Shown: positions 47,892 through 57,368 of the stretch, one piece after another | How the letters are laid out: each line of letters starts with the position of its first letter | How positions within the stretch are numbered: the stretch's first letter is position 1 | NCBI GenBank assembly: GCA_977020255.1 | Contig: CDROCS010000253.1 | Coordinates: 3,100,001 to 3,164,000 of the forward strand | Source of the DNA: Obrimoposthia wandeli | Taxonomy: Eukaryota | Length of the DNA: 64,000 nucleotides | Direction: 5' to 3' | Translations under genes and position numbers: made by a program | Notes under the pieces: generated by a model | The model's database searches: none | What the model saw: only the letters and a program-made list of their open reading frames with translations | What the model was told of the DNA's origin: nothing

Positions 47892-48856
47892 TTTATGGTC
47901 AATGGGCGTTAGCATTTAATCTACTTACGATTGCCGTATTAGCCTTTATCATTGCCAATGTTTTTGTTTCGATTGTTATTTGCTCTGTAAAAAATAACAT
48001 TCAACGTTATACGGTATCTACTCGTAAATCGTTACTCTGGTTATCTGTGCTCTTACCTTGGATTATTGCCCTATCTACAAGCCTGTTATTTGGACCTTTT
48101 TTCCAATCAGGCACTACTTTTATCTGGTTAACAGAATTAACGCATTGGCATCATCCCGATATTTATTATTTTCTAAGCTGGCATAGTATTAGTTTGATTG
48201 TTTTTTTCGGTTTCAGTTTCACTATTGCTGTTCGAAGCCTAGTTGTCGCTTACAAAAATCACTATCAGATAATTTTGTTGCGCACTTTAGCGACAAAGAA
48301 AAGTGAGAACGTTTTTATAATAGATTCATCGATCCCGACAGCATTCACAGGTGGATTAATTAAACCATCGTGTTTTATATCTACAGGCTTGATGGAGCAA
48401 TTAGATGCAGATGACATTGAAATAATCATTCAACATGAACTTGCTCACTTACACTATGCTGACCCGCTAAAAAAGTGGGTGTTTTCATTATTGTCTTCTT
48501 ATTTTTCACCTAATGTTAAGAAAATATTGAAATCGATGATGGCAATTACCATGGAGCAAGCGGCTGATTCTTTCTTCGTAAAAACTCAACAACAGGCGCA
48601 CAATGTTGCTAGTACGTTAGTGAGATTTACTAAGTTAGCGGCTAAATATTCCATACATGAACAGTTCAAAAGTGAATTACTCGTTCACTTTTGTCGCCAA
48701 TCCATTGAACAAAGAGTATTAGAGTTGCTCAATGATACTCAACTCAAAGCTTTTCCAATGAAAGTGGTTTTACTCACAATAATACTATTAGCCGTCATAT
48801 CAATGACATCAGTAGATAGCCTCCATCACGCTATTGAAACGCTTTTCGATCATTAA
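47888..48856 (+). CDS. M56 (BlaR1-like) membrane zinc protease lacking the penicillin-binding sensor domain
   Basis: AFTGGL..P, HELAH (HEXXH), EQAAD; ATGA-coupled to the repressor; 322 aa. Confidence 0.88.
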   Translation: MIYGQWALAFNLLTIAVLAFIIANVFVSIVICSVKNNIQRYTVSTRKSLLWLSVLLPWIIALSTSLLFGPFFQSGTTFIWLTELTHWHHPDIYYFLSWHSISLIVFFGFSFTIAVRSLVVAYKNHYQIILLRTLATKKSENVFIIDSSIPTAFTGGLIKPSCFISTGLMEQLDADDIEIIIQHELAHLHYADPLKKWVFSLLSSYFSPNVKKILKSMMAITMEQAADSFFVKTQQQAHNVASTLVRFTKLAAKYSIHEQFKSELLVHFCRQSIEQRVLELLNDTQLKAFPMKVVLLTIILLAVISMTSVDSLHHAIETLFDH

Positions 48857-48902
48857 AGCATCATTAAAATAATAATTTAAGGCTTACTCTAAGGTAATAA
48901 TA

Positions 48903-50315
48903 ATGAAACTATTTACTCAATCATTTACAAATAAAAAACCGACCGCCAATCGGTTTTTATCAAGGCGTTATTTAAAGTTTAGCTTAAAATTTAGCGCTGC
49001 TGTGCTGATGATCACTTCAACCATCTCAGGTTACGCTTACTCAGAAGAAAGCGCCCTGAAATCGGTTGACTTATCTACGGCAATATCTCAAACAATGAGT
49101 ATGCACCCAGAGCTAAAAGTATTTGCTAATCAAGCTGATATTTATAAGGGGTATGCACAACAAGTTGGTATTCAGGTTAGACCAGAAATTGGACTTACCA
49201 TCGAGGATGCACTGGGTACGGGTGATCATAGTGGCTTTAAAAGTGCTCAATCCACACTATCGATCTCATGGGTTTTAGATAACGATCTAGTAAAAAACAG
49301 AGTGGAAAATGCTAAGATTCAGGGAGCAACCGTTGCATTCGCACGAGAAATTAAGGCACTAGATTTAGCTGCACAAACAGCAAAATATTTTATCCAAGTA
49401 CTAGTCAATGAAGAGCGACTAAAACTGTCAAAAATGAGCTTAAAGCAAGCGGTTAAGTCATTTGAAGCAGTCACTAAACGTGTAAATGCAGGAAAGTCTT
49501 CTTTAGTTGATAAACTAAAATCACAAGCTGAAGTCGCTAAACGAGAATTAGTTGTTGAAGATTTAACCCATGAAGTAGATGCCAGTAAATATCAGTTATT
49601 GGCCCAGTGGCAAGGACAGGGGCAAAGCGAGCAACATAAAGAAACTAACATCATTGGCTCATTATTATCGTTACCCCAGTTACCTTTAAGTAATAGCAGC
49701 GATGTTGATTCATTATTTACTCATCTAAAACAAGTGCCTTCGGTCAGTCTTTTCGCTACAAAACAGCGAATTGCTCAGTCTGAGATTGAACTTGCTCGTA
49801 TTGAAACTAAACCCCTATGGAAATTTACAACGGGATTAAGACGTTACGAAACAACCGATGATTTTGGTTTAGTCGCTGGAATTTCAATACCTTTTGGTGA
49901 TAGCAATCAAAATCAAGGGAAAATAAATGCGCTACGTGCTTCCCAAAGCGAATTAGAAACAGCGTCACAAGCACTCGTTCATCAATTGAATACACAGCTA
50001 TATGTGCTTATTGAACAAATGAAACACAGCCAACATGTCATTGATGCTATGACTGAAAACCTTATACCTGTGCTTGAACACGCTTTTGTTGAGGCTGAAA
50101 AAGCTTACAAGATTGGCCGATATAGCTATACCGAGTGGACGAATACTCAACAAGAATTATTAGATGCGCAGTCAGACTTGATTGCTGCTTATCAAAATGC
50201 CCATTTAAACAATATTGAAATAGAGCGATTAACAGGTACGTCCCTATTTGCCATTAATAAAAACGCTAATGCATCTTTGAACGCGCATTCTATTGAAAAA
50301 AATAACGAGAAATAA
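48903..50315 (+). CDS. czcC: Outer-membrane efflux protein, CzcC-like
   Basis: TolC-family repeats; first gene of the RND triplet. Confidence 0.82.
   Translation: MKLFTQSFTNKKPTANRFLSRRYLKFSLKFSAAVLMITSTISGYAYSEESALKSVDLSTAISQTMSMHPELKVFANQADIYKGYAQQVGIQVRPEIGLTIEDALGTGDHSGFKSAQSTLSISWVLDNDLVKNRVENAKIQGATVAFAREIKALDLAAQTAKYFIQVLVNEERLKLSKMSLKQAVKSFEAVTKRVNAGKSSLVDKLKSQAEVAKRELVVEDLTHEVDASKYQLLAQWQGQGQSEQHKETNIIGSLLSLPQLPLSNSSDVDSLFTHLKQVPSVSLFATKQRIAQSEIELARIETKPLWKFTTGLRRYETTDDFGLVAGISIPFGDSNQNQGKINALRASQSELETASQALVHQLNTQLYVLIEQMKHSQHVIDAMTENLIPVLEHAFVEAEKAYKIGRYSYTEWTNTQQELLDAQSDLIAAYQNAHLNNIEIERLTGTSLFAINKNANASLNAHSIEKNNEK
48934..48958. promoter_or_regulatory. Palindrome AAAAACCGA-nnGCCnn-TCGGTTTTT, copy 2, inside the czcC 5' coding region
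   Basis: Same 9-bp arms and central GCC as copy 1. Confidence 0.5.
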
Positions 50316-50317
50316 TC

Positions 50318-51553
50318 ATGAAATCAACATTTAAAATATTAACACTAATAAGCACATTGTGCTTTGTTAGCTTGAGTACAAGTTTCTCTAGCTTTGCCGT
50401 TTCAGAGCAAAAGGTCGAAGAAGCCGAGCCAGAGAAAGGGCCAAATCGGGGACGCATGTTGAAAAAAGATAATTTTGCCATTGAACTATCCATTTTTGAA
50501 ACGGGCGTCCCACCTGAGTTTCGTGTGTGGGCAACTGAGGATGGAAAAGCTATTGACCCAGCGAAAGTAGAGCTTAACGTGAAATTGACCCGACTAGGTG
50601 ATGGTGTCGATGACATCAATTTTTTTCAAGAAGGCCAGTATCTTCGTGGTGATATGGTTATCTACGAACCTCACTCATTTATTGTCTCTTTAACCGCTAA
50701 ATATCAGGGAAAAACTTACAGTTGGCAATATGACAATTTTGAAGGTCGAACAAGTATTGATGAGAAAATTGCAGAGGCAATGAAAATTAGTACTGAAGTT
50801 GTCGGGCCATCAACATTCCATGAAAGCATTGAAGTGTTTGGAAAGTTAACGTTACCAGCCGATGCTACCAGTAATGTTTATGCGCGATTCGATGGCTTGG
50901 TTAAAAAAGTTCACGTCAAACTAGGTGATGCAATTAAAAAAGGTCAATTGTTACTCACACTGGAAAGTAATGAAAGTTTGCAATCTTATCAGGTGACATC
51001 AGCTCAAAAAGGCATTGTCAGTGCGGTTAACGTGACTTCGGGTGAGCAATCTAAAGGCCGAATATTACTTGCGGTGACTAATGATGAAACCTTAGTTGCT
51101 GAGCTAGCCGTTTTTCCTTTGGATTTAGCCAAAGTTAATATTGGCGCAAAAACAACGCTTAACATTAATGGTGTTGAAGAACAGTACACAACTAGAATTG
51201 ATAGCCGAGTATTAAAAGTTAGGAATGATCAGGCGAAGCTATTTCGTGTCTTAGTAAACAATAGTGATTCCTTATTATCTGAAGGCTCTTTTGTGACGGC
51301 AAAGATTGAAATTGGCTCATTTGACGTAGGGATGGCGGTAAAGCGTAACGGATTGCAGAGCTTTCGTGATTTTACCGTAGTTTATGCCAAGGTTGGCAAT
51401 GAATATGAAGTAAGAATGCTTGAATTAGGCCGCATAGTGGGTGATGAAATTGAAGTGTTAGGCGGTATATCTGTAGGCACTGAATATGTCACTGAGAATA
51501 GCTATATCCTAAAAGCAGATGTTGAAAAATCTGGCGCATCACACGATCACTAA
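50318..51553 (+). CDS. czcB: RND membrane-fusion protein, CzcB-like
   Basis: Lipoyl-like G..IKKGQ.L, C-terminal KSGASHDH. Confidence 0.85.
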   Translation: MKSTFKILTLISTLCFVSLSTSFSSFAVSEQKVEEAEPEKGPNRGRMLKKDNFAIELSIFETGVPPEFRVWATEDGKAIDPAKVELNVKLTRLGDGVDDINFFQEGQYLRGDMVIYEPHSFIVSLTAKYQGKTYSWQYDNFEGRTSIDEKIAEAMKISTEVVGPSTFHESIEVFGKLTLPADATSNVYARFDGLVKKVHVKLGDAIKKGQLLLTLESNESLQSYQVTSAQKGIVSAVNVTSGEQSKGRILLAVTNDETLVAELAVFPLDLAKVNIGAKTTLNINGVEEQYTTRIDSRVLKVRNDQAKLFRVLVNNSDSLLSEGSFVTAKIEIGSFDVGMAVKRNGLQSFRDFTVVYAKVGNEYEVRMLELGRIVGDEIEVLGGISVGTEYVTENSYILKADVEKSGASHDH

Positions 51554-51611
51554 GGGTTTCCCTTTTAATTATAATGGTTAGTAAAAAGGTTTACTCCTTA
51601 AAGGAAAGATA

Positions 51612-54600
51612 ATGCTCGAATATTTACTCAGATTTTCTATTCGTAGAAACTCAATTATTATGTTGGCGGTACTCGCCTTTGCTGGATTGGGTCTTTGGAA
51701 TTTTACCAAGTTGCCGATTGATGCCGTCCCTGATATCACCAACATTCAGGTAATGATCAACACCGAAGCGGCAGGGTATACGCCGCTTGAAGTAGAACAA
51801 CGGGTTACTTACCCATTAGAGACTGCATTGGCAGGGCTACCAAATTTAGTCAGTACACGCTCTGTTTCACGTTATGGTTTATCGCAAGTCACCGCCATTT
51901 TTAGTGATGATACTGATATTTACTTTGCCAGACAATTAGTGAATGAACGCTTAGTCTCAGCAAAGTCAGATTTACCTTTTGGATTAGAGCCAGAGCTTGG
52001 ACCAATCGCTACGGGGTTAGGTGAAATATTCATGTTTACCGTGAATGCAGAGCCTAATGCCCGTAATGATGAAGGGAAGTTAATAACAGCGACAGATTTA
52101 AGAACGGTTCATGATTGGATTATTCGCCCTCAATTAATGCAAGTGGAAGGTGTGGTTGAAGTTAACCCTATTGGTGGTTTTAAACGTGAAATTCTTGTTG
52201 CCTTTGAGCCTAAAAAGCTACTGGAATTTGGTCTTAATCAGCAAGACATTATTCAAGCAATCGAAAATAATAATGACAATAAAGGTGCTGGGTTTATAGA
52301 AAAAAATGGCGCTCAATGGTTATTACGTATTCCCGGACAGGTAGAAAGTTTAGAGGCTATCGCTAATATTCCTGTTAGGACCACTGAAGGTAGTGTAATT
52401 CGAATTTCTGATGTCGCTAAAGTACAAGAAGGAAAAGAATTAAGAACAGGTGCTGCAACCCAAAATGGTAGAGAAGTTGTGATGAGTACCGTTTTCATGC
52501 TTATTGGTGAAAACAGTCGAAATGTTGCTAAAGCGGTTGGTATAAAGTTAGACGAAGTTAAAGCGAGTTTACCCATCGGTATTACCGTTACCGCTGTGTA
52601 TGACCGCACTACCTTAGTTGAAAAGACACTCGATACAGTAAAAATGAACCTCTTTGAAGGGGCGTTATTGGTTATTGTCGTGTTGTTTTTATTACTAGGT
52701 AATATGAGAGCGGCATTGCTTACTGCTGCGGTTATCCCATTTGCGATGTTAATGACTGTAACGGGCATGGTACAAGTAGGTGTTAGTGCCAATCTGATGA
52801 GTTTAGGGGCGTTAGATTTTGGACTACTCGTTGATGGTGCCATTATCATCGTTGAGAATTGTCTAAGAAAGCTCAGTTCGGCATCGCTCAATGGTCGCAC
52901 CATGCCTGTTAATGAACGATTAGCACTGGTATATGAAGCGACCAAAGAAGTCATCCGTCCAGCATTATTTGGCGTATTTATTATAACTGCCGTATATTTA
53001 CCTATTTTTGCGCTAACGGGTGTCGAAGGGAAAATGTTTCACCCTATGGCAATAACCGTTGTTATAGCCTTATGTTGTGCAATGTTCTTATCAGTAACTT
53101 TTGTTCCGGCAGCTATTGCTATTTTGTTCAAAGGGCCTGTAAAAGAAAAAGAAAATATCATTATAAAATCATCTTTAGCGCTTTATCGTCCTTCTTTAAC
53201 GTTTGCGCTTAAAGTTCGCTGGTTTGTTGTGGTTTTCGCTGTTGGACTTGTCGGCTTAGCTGGATTTTCTGCCAATAAACTCGGTAGCGAATTTGTGCCA
53301 AACCTTGATGAAGGTGATATCGCCATGCATGCCTTGCGTATTCCTGGCACGTCATTATCGCAAGCTGTCGCGTTACAAAAAGTCTTAGAAGAAAAAATCA
53401 ATCAAATGCCAGAGGTTGAACGTGTCTTTGCAAAAATTGGTACAGCCGATGTTGCAACAGATGCCGTACCACCAAGTGTTGCCGATAATTTTATTATCTT
53501 AAAACCTCGTAGCGAATGGCCAAATCCTAACAAACCTAAAACGCAATTTGTAGAAGAATTAGCAGCTGTAGTAGAGCCTATACCGGGTAATCGATATGAA
53601 TTCTTACAACCAATACAAATGCGCTTTAATGAGTTGTTATCAGGGGTTCGTGCAGAGTTGGCTATCAAAGTGTTTGGCGATGATTTCGAGACCTTAAGTG
53701 CGTTAGGAAAGAGCATAAACACAGCTATTATTAATGTTGAGGGAATTGCTGATATTCAAGTAGAGAGAACGACAGGTTTACCTCTAATGACGATTAATCC
53801 AAAACTTGCCCAGCTAGCAAAATATGGAATAAGCGTGAAACAACTACAAGATCAACTTTCCACAGCATTAGGTGGCACCATTGCCGGCAAGTTCTATCAA
53901 GGCGATCAACGTGCCGACATAGTAGTACGTCTTCCAGAAGCGCTAAGAAGCGATGTTGATGCCTTAGCTTACTTACCCATACAGATGTTCGATAACAGTT
54001 ATGTTCCGTTACAGGAGGTAGCTGAATTGGTATTAGTTGAGGGCGCAAACCAAGTCAATAGAGAAAATGGCAAACGTAGAGTGGTTGTTACCGCTAACGT
54101 TCGAGGCAGAGATTTAGGCTCATTTGTTCAGGATATTCAAGCGTCAATTGATGAGTCTGTTGAAATACCTGCGGGTTACTGGATTGAATATGGCGGCACC
54201 TACCAAAAGTTACAATCCGCATCAGAGCGCCTAGCTATCGTGGTTCCTATTACGTTAGTGATGATTATTGGTTTGCTCTTCTTGGCTTTAGGCTCATTTA
54301 AAGATTCTATGATTATTTTCACGGGTGTACCATTAGCCTTAACCGGGGGCATTTTTGCTTTATTGTTGAGAGATATTCCTTTTTCAATATCAGCCGCTGT
54401 TGGTTTTATCGCTTTATCAGGTATCGCTATTTTAAATGGCTTGGTTATGGTCTCGTTTATACGAGAACTTAGGCGAGAAGGCGCTGCGTTAGATACGGCT
54501 ATTATTGAAGGTGCATTGACAAGACTTCGACCTGTGCTAACAACCGCGCTTGTTGCTTCATTAGGTTTTGTGCCTATGGCGCTTAATACAGGCATTGGCT

Positions 54601-54758
54601 CTGAGGTTCAACGCCCACTAGCAACTGTGGTGATCGGAGGGGTTATTTCATCTACCATTTTAACATTGTTTGTTTTACCTGCTTTGTATCGTTTACTACA
54701 CAATAGCAAAAAAACTTTCACTAAAACAACTCACCCAAAGGAAACCGTTAATGTCTAA
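51612..54758 (+). CDS. czcA: HME-RND heavy-metal efflux pump, CzcA-like (divalent)
   Basis: PIDAVPDITN, DFGLLVDGAIIIVEN proton-relay motif, RLRPVL. Confidence 0.92.
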   Translation: MLEYLLRFSIRRNSIIMLAVLAFAGLGLWNFTKLPIDAVPDITNIQVMINTEAAGYTPLEVEQRVTYPLETALAGLPNLVSTRSVSRYGLSQVTAIFSDDTDIYFARQLVNERLVSAKSDLPFGLEPELGPIATGLGEIFMFTVNAEPNARNDEGKLITATDLRTVHDWIIRPQLMQVEGVVEVNPIGGFKREILVAFEPKKLLEFGLNQQDIIQAIENNNDNKGAGFIEKNGAQWLLRIPGQVESLEAIANIPVRTTEGSVIRISDVAKVQEGKELRTGAATQNGREVVMSTVFMLIGENSRNVAKAVGIKLDEVKASLPIGITVTAVYDRTTLVEKTLDTVKMNLFEGALLVIVVLFLLLGNMRAALLTAAVIPFAMLMTVTGMVQVGVSANLMSLGALDFGLLVDGAIIIVENCLRKLSSASLNGRTMPVNERLALVYEATKEVIRPALFGVFIITAVYLPIFALTGVEGKMFHPMAITVVIALCCAMFLSVTFVPAAIAILFKGPVKEKENIIIKSSLALYRPSLTFALKVRWFVVVFAVGLVGLAGFSANKLGSEFVPNLDEGDIAMHALRIPGTSLSQAVALQKVLEEKINQMPEVERVFAKIGTADVATDAVPPSVADNFIILKPRSEWPNPNKPKTQFVEELAAVVEPIPGNRYEFLQPIQMRFNELLSGVRAELAIKVFGDDFETLSALGKSINTAIINVEGIADIQVERTTGLPLMTINPKLAQLAKYGISVKQLQDQLSTALGGTIAGKFYQGDQRADIVVRLPEALRSDVDALAYLPIQMFDNSYVPLQEVAELVLVEGANQVNRENGKRRVVVTANVRGRDLGSFVQDIQASIDESVEIPAGYWIEYGGTYQKLQSASERLAIVVPITLVMIIGLLFLALGSFKDSMIIFTGVPLALTGGIFALLLRDIPFSISAAVGFIALSGIAILNGLVMVSFIRELRREGAALDTAIIEGALTRLRPVLTTALVASLGFVPMALNTGIGSEVQRPLATVVIGGVISSTILTLFVLPALYRLLHNSKKTFTKTTHPKETVNV

Positions 54759-55437
54759 TATTTTGCAGCGATATGGCTTGTTGAGTGTTATTGCTTTACT
54801 TGCCATATGGTTACCTATTGAGGTCTTTGCTCATGGTGTCGATGAAAGCACAAGAGCATTTTTACTACAAAACACTGGCGTACAAATCATCCCATTTTTG
54901 TATATCGGTGCTAAGCATATGGTGACGGGGTACGATCATTTATTGTTCTTAGTGGGTGTACTGTTCTTTTTATATAAAAGTCGTGATGTTTTATTGTATG
55001 TCAGTATGTTTACCCTAGGACACAGCATAACCTTATTGTTTGGCGTGGCGTGCACATTACATGCTTGTCACCGACACACGGTATTGCTATCAGTGGTGTA
55101 TAAGGGCTTTGATAATTTAGGTGGTTTTAATCGACTCTTTGGTAAATCACCCAATGCAAAGCTTGCGGTATTGATTTTTGGTCTGTTTCACGGTTTTGGC
55201 TTAGCAACCAAGTTACAAGAGTTTCAACTTCCTGATGACGGCTTAATTGCCGGGATAATGCCATGCTGGAGCGGCAGGGTCAGTCAGTTTACCGCCTTGG
55301 CCTTTATTCTTTTAGTGATTAATTTTTGGCGTAAACACAGCAGCTTCAATCGATTTGCGACAAACACGAATTGTTTGTTAATGAGTGCAGGATTTATGTT
55401 GGTAGGCTTTCAACTAACAGGTTATTTCATTAACTAA
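54751..55437 (+). pseudogene. HupE/UreJ-family metal permease with two scrambled patches
   Basis: HGVD, GYDHLLF, HSITL, GLFHGFGLA retained; ~55043-55090 and ~55245-55290 do not resemble the family. Frame stays open, so the pseudogene call is uncertain. Confidence 0.65.
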
Positions 55438-55445
55438 ATAGCTAA

Positions 55446-56051
55446 CTTAATCAATTTTACTTAATAAACCTTTACCCTGGTTTTAAGAGAGCCAACAAAG
55501 CAGAAGCTATCACATTAACGAGTGCTGCACTGATCAAATATACGTTATTCAGTTTAGTATTCGCAACCGTGACCCTATTTACAATTATATTACCTGCGGA
55601 ATACAACATCGATCCAACAGGTATCGGGCATAAGCTTGGATTAACCGTCTTTAATGATGTACAAACAGTTAGTGTAAAAACAGAAATGGCAGCCGTACCT
55701 TTATCACAAGAAGTTGCCAAAAATTCAAAAGAGACTGAAGTAGCAATAGAAGTGATCGTTCCTGCGGATCGCGGTGTAGAGTATAAATTTGTTATGGAAC
55801 AATATCAAAAGCTGGAATACGAGTGGATAACCGATAGCACACCACTGTATTTCGATTTACATGGCGAACCAAAAGGCGATACGACGGGATATTTTGAAAG
55901 TTATGTCATCGCAACCGTAAAAGAAATGAAAGGAAGTTTTACCACACCTTTTGCTGGTTCTCATGGCTGGTATTGGAAGAATACAACTGATGCTCCGGTA
56001 ACTGTTCAGTTAATCGTAAAAGGTGAATATACGAAACATGGCCTTAAGTAA
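55446..56051 (+). CDS. Membrane-anchored periplasmic protein; start codon not identifiable
   Basis: ILPAEYNIDPTGIG, YFDLHGE, GSHGWYW. The TM helix LIKYTLFSLVFATV lies in frame upstream of the GTG at 55569 with no ATG. Confidence 0.65.
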   Translation, partial: LNQFYLINLYPGFKRANKAEAITLTSAALIKYTLFSLVFATVTLFTIILPAEYNIDPTGIGHKLGLTVFNDVQTVSVKTEMAAVPLSQEVAKNSKETEVAIEVIVPADRGVEYKFVMEQYQKLEYEWITDSTPLYFDLHGEPKGDTTGYFESYVIATVKEMKGSFTTPFAGSHGWYWKNTTDAPVTVQLIVKGEYTKHGLK

Positions 56052-56203
56052 TTATCATAAAATTAAGAAAATACTTTTTAAAATTAATTTTTATAATATG
56101 TTGAGGGTTACAATGAAAAAACTAATCGTTATTCTCAAATGTTGTCTATTTTGTGATATGACAAGTTGCTTTATTTAAGTCAATTATTGACACTTCAAAA
56201 AGT

Positions 56204-56229
56204 AAGTTTTAAGTTTTAAGTTTTAAGTT
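56204..56229 (+). repeat. (AAGTTTT)x3.7 simple repeat upstream of the copper cluster
   Basis: Read directly from the sequence. Confidence 0.8.
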
Positions 56230-56304
56230 GAGTTGTAATTCTATTGATAAAAAACATGGACTATGACACCATCCGAGGTAAGTATAATATTTTGTTGATT
56301 TCTT

Positions 56305-56691
56305 GTGAATTTTAACTTCTCTAAAACATTAATGGTGTTGCTAATATGTATGTCCTTCGTTGGACAGACAATGGCGTCTACTATTATGTCTTATCATATG
56401 ATGAGTATGAAGGGAATGAATGGACAAGAGCAATCACAAAATATGTCAATGATGGATCACAGCCAACACAATATGGCTCCTGAGACTTCTGATGATTCAA
56501 ATACATCAGATGATTGTTGTTCTAAAACATGTAACTGCTTTACTGGTGGTTGCTCAAGTGTTGCTGCGTTCATGAAGGACGCCGCAGATAATTACCCAAT
56601 CGTTGATTTATCATCTAAAATACTTTCCTATTCTAGTTTGGCGCTAAGCCAACAATCTACCTCATTATATCGTCCCCCAATATTAAGCTAA
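56305..56691 (+). CDS. Secreted Met/His/Cys-rich metal-binding protein, CopL/DUF2946-like
   Basis: Signal peptide, MSMMDHSQHNM, DCCSKTCNC..GGC, terminal YRPPI. Confidence 0.7.
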   Translation: MNFNFSKTLMVLLICMSFVGQTMASTIMSYHMMSMKGMNGQEQSQNMSMMDHSQHNMAPETSDDSNTSDDCCSKTCNCFTGGCSSVAAFMKDAADNYPIVDLSSKILSYSSLALSQQSTSLYRPPILS

Positions 56692-56843
56692 ATACAGAAT
56701 AAATGTGTCCAAAATTTGGTTCATTTAAATAACTATCTTTCTGTATTAGGCTTTTTTGATCTCGTTTTTTAGAAATACTTTCTAACTTCATCAAAATAAC
56801 CTAATTAATTAAAAAATTAATTGATATCCCTATTGGGGGGGTT

Positions 56844-57368
56844 ATGTTTTCAAATAAACTTACTTTAAAAGTTCTCGCTACCTTTGTATTAGTAATCACA
56901 CTTGCAAGTTGCTCTGACGACGAAGCAATACCTAATTCTACTCAATCACAAAGTGCGAAATCACAATCTATTGTCCTAGATGTATACAAGAGTCCTACAT
57001 GTGGCTGCTGTAAAAAGTGGATAAATCACATCAACAAAAATGGATTTGAATCGAAGGTCCACAACAGAAGCAATATTTTTGTGATTAAAGATAAAAAAGG
57101 AGTTGAACCACGTTATCGCTCCTGTCATACCGCTATTTCAAAAGATGGTTATGCCTTTGAAGGCCATGTACCTGCGAAATTCATCCAACAATTCATGCAA
57201 GAAACTCACGCTAAGAACGTTATCGGTTTGTCCGTTCCAGGGATGCCTGTAGGGTCACCGGGAATGGAAGTTAAGGACAAATTTCAGCCATACAAGGTTT
57301 TACTTTTGAAGTCAGATGGCACGTATGAAATTTATGCCAATATTCATTCCTATGAGGAGCAGTTCTAA
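56844..57368 (+). CDS. copG: DUF411/CopG-family periplasmic copper lipoprotein
   Basis: Lipobox LASC, YKSPTCGCC..W, SCHT, EGHVP, PGMP.GSPGM. Confidence 0.85.
   Translation: MFSNKLTLKVLATFVLVITLASCSDDEAIPNSTQSQSAKSQSIVLDVYKSPTCGCCKKWINHINKNGFESKVHNRSNIFVIKDKKGVEPRYRSCHTAISKDGYAFEGHVPAKFIQQFMQETHAKNVIGLSVPGMPVGSPGMEVKDKFQPYKVLLLKSDGTYEIYANIHSYEEQF

Noticed and set aside
56257-56288. MerR/CueR-type long-spacer promoter (TGGACT-N20-TATAAT)
   Set aside because: Spacer dyad is only ACC-N6-GGT; too weak, and no MerR gene in the window.
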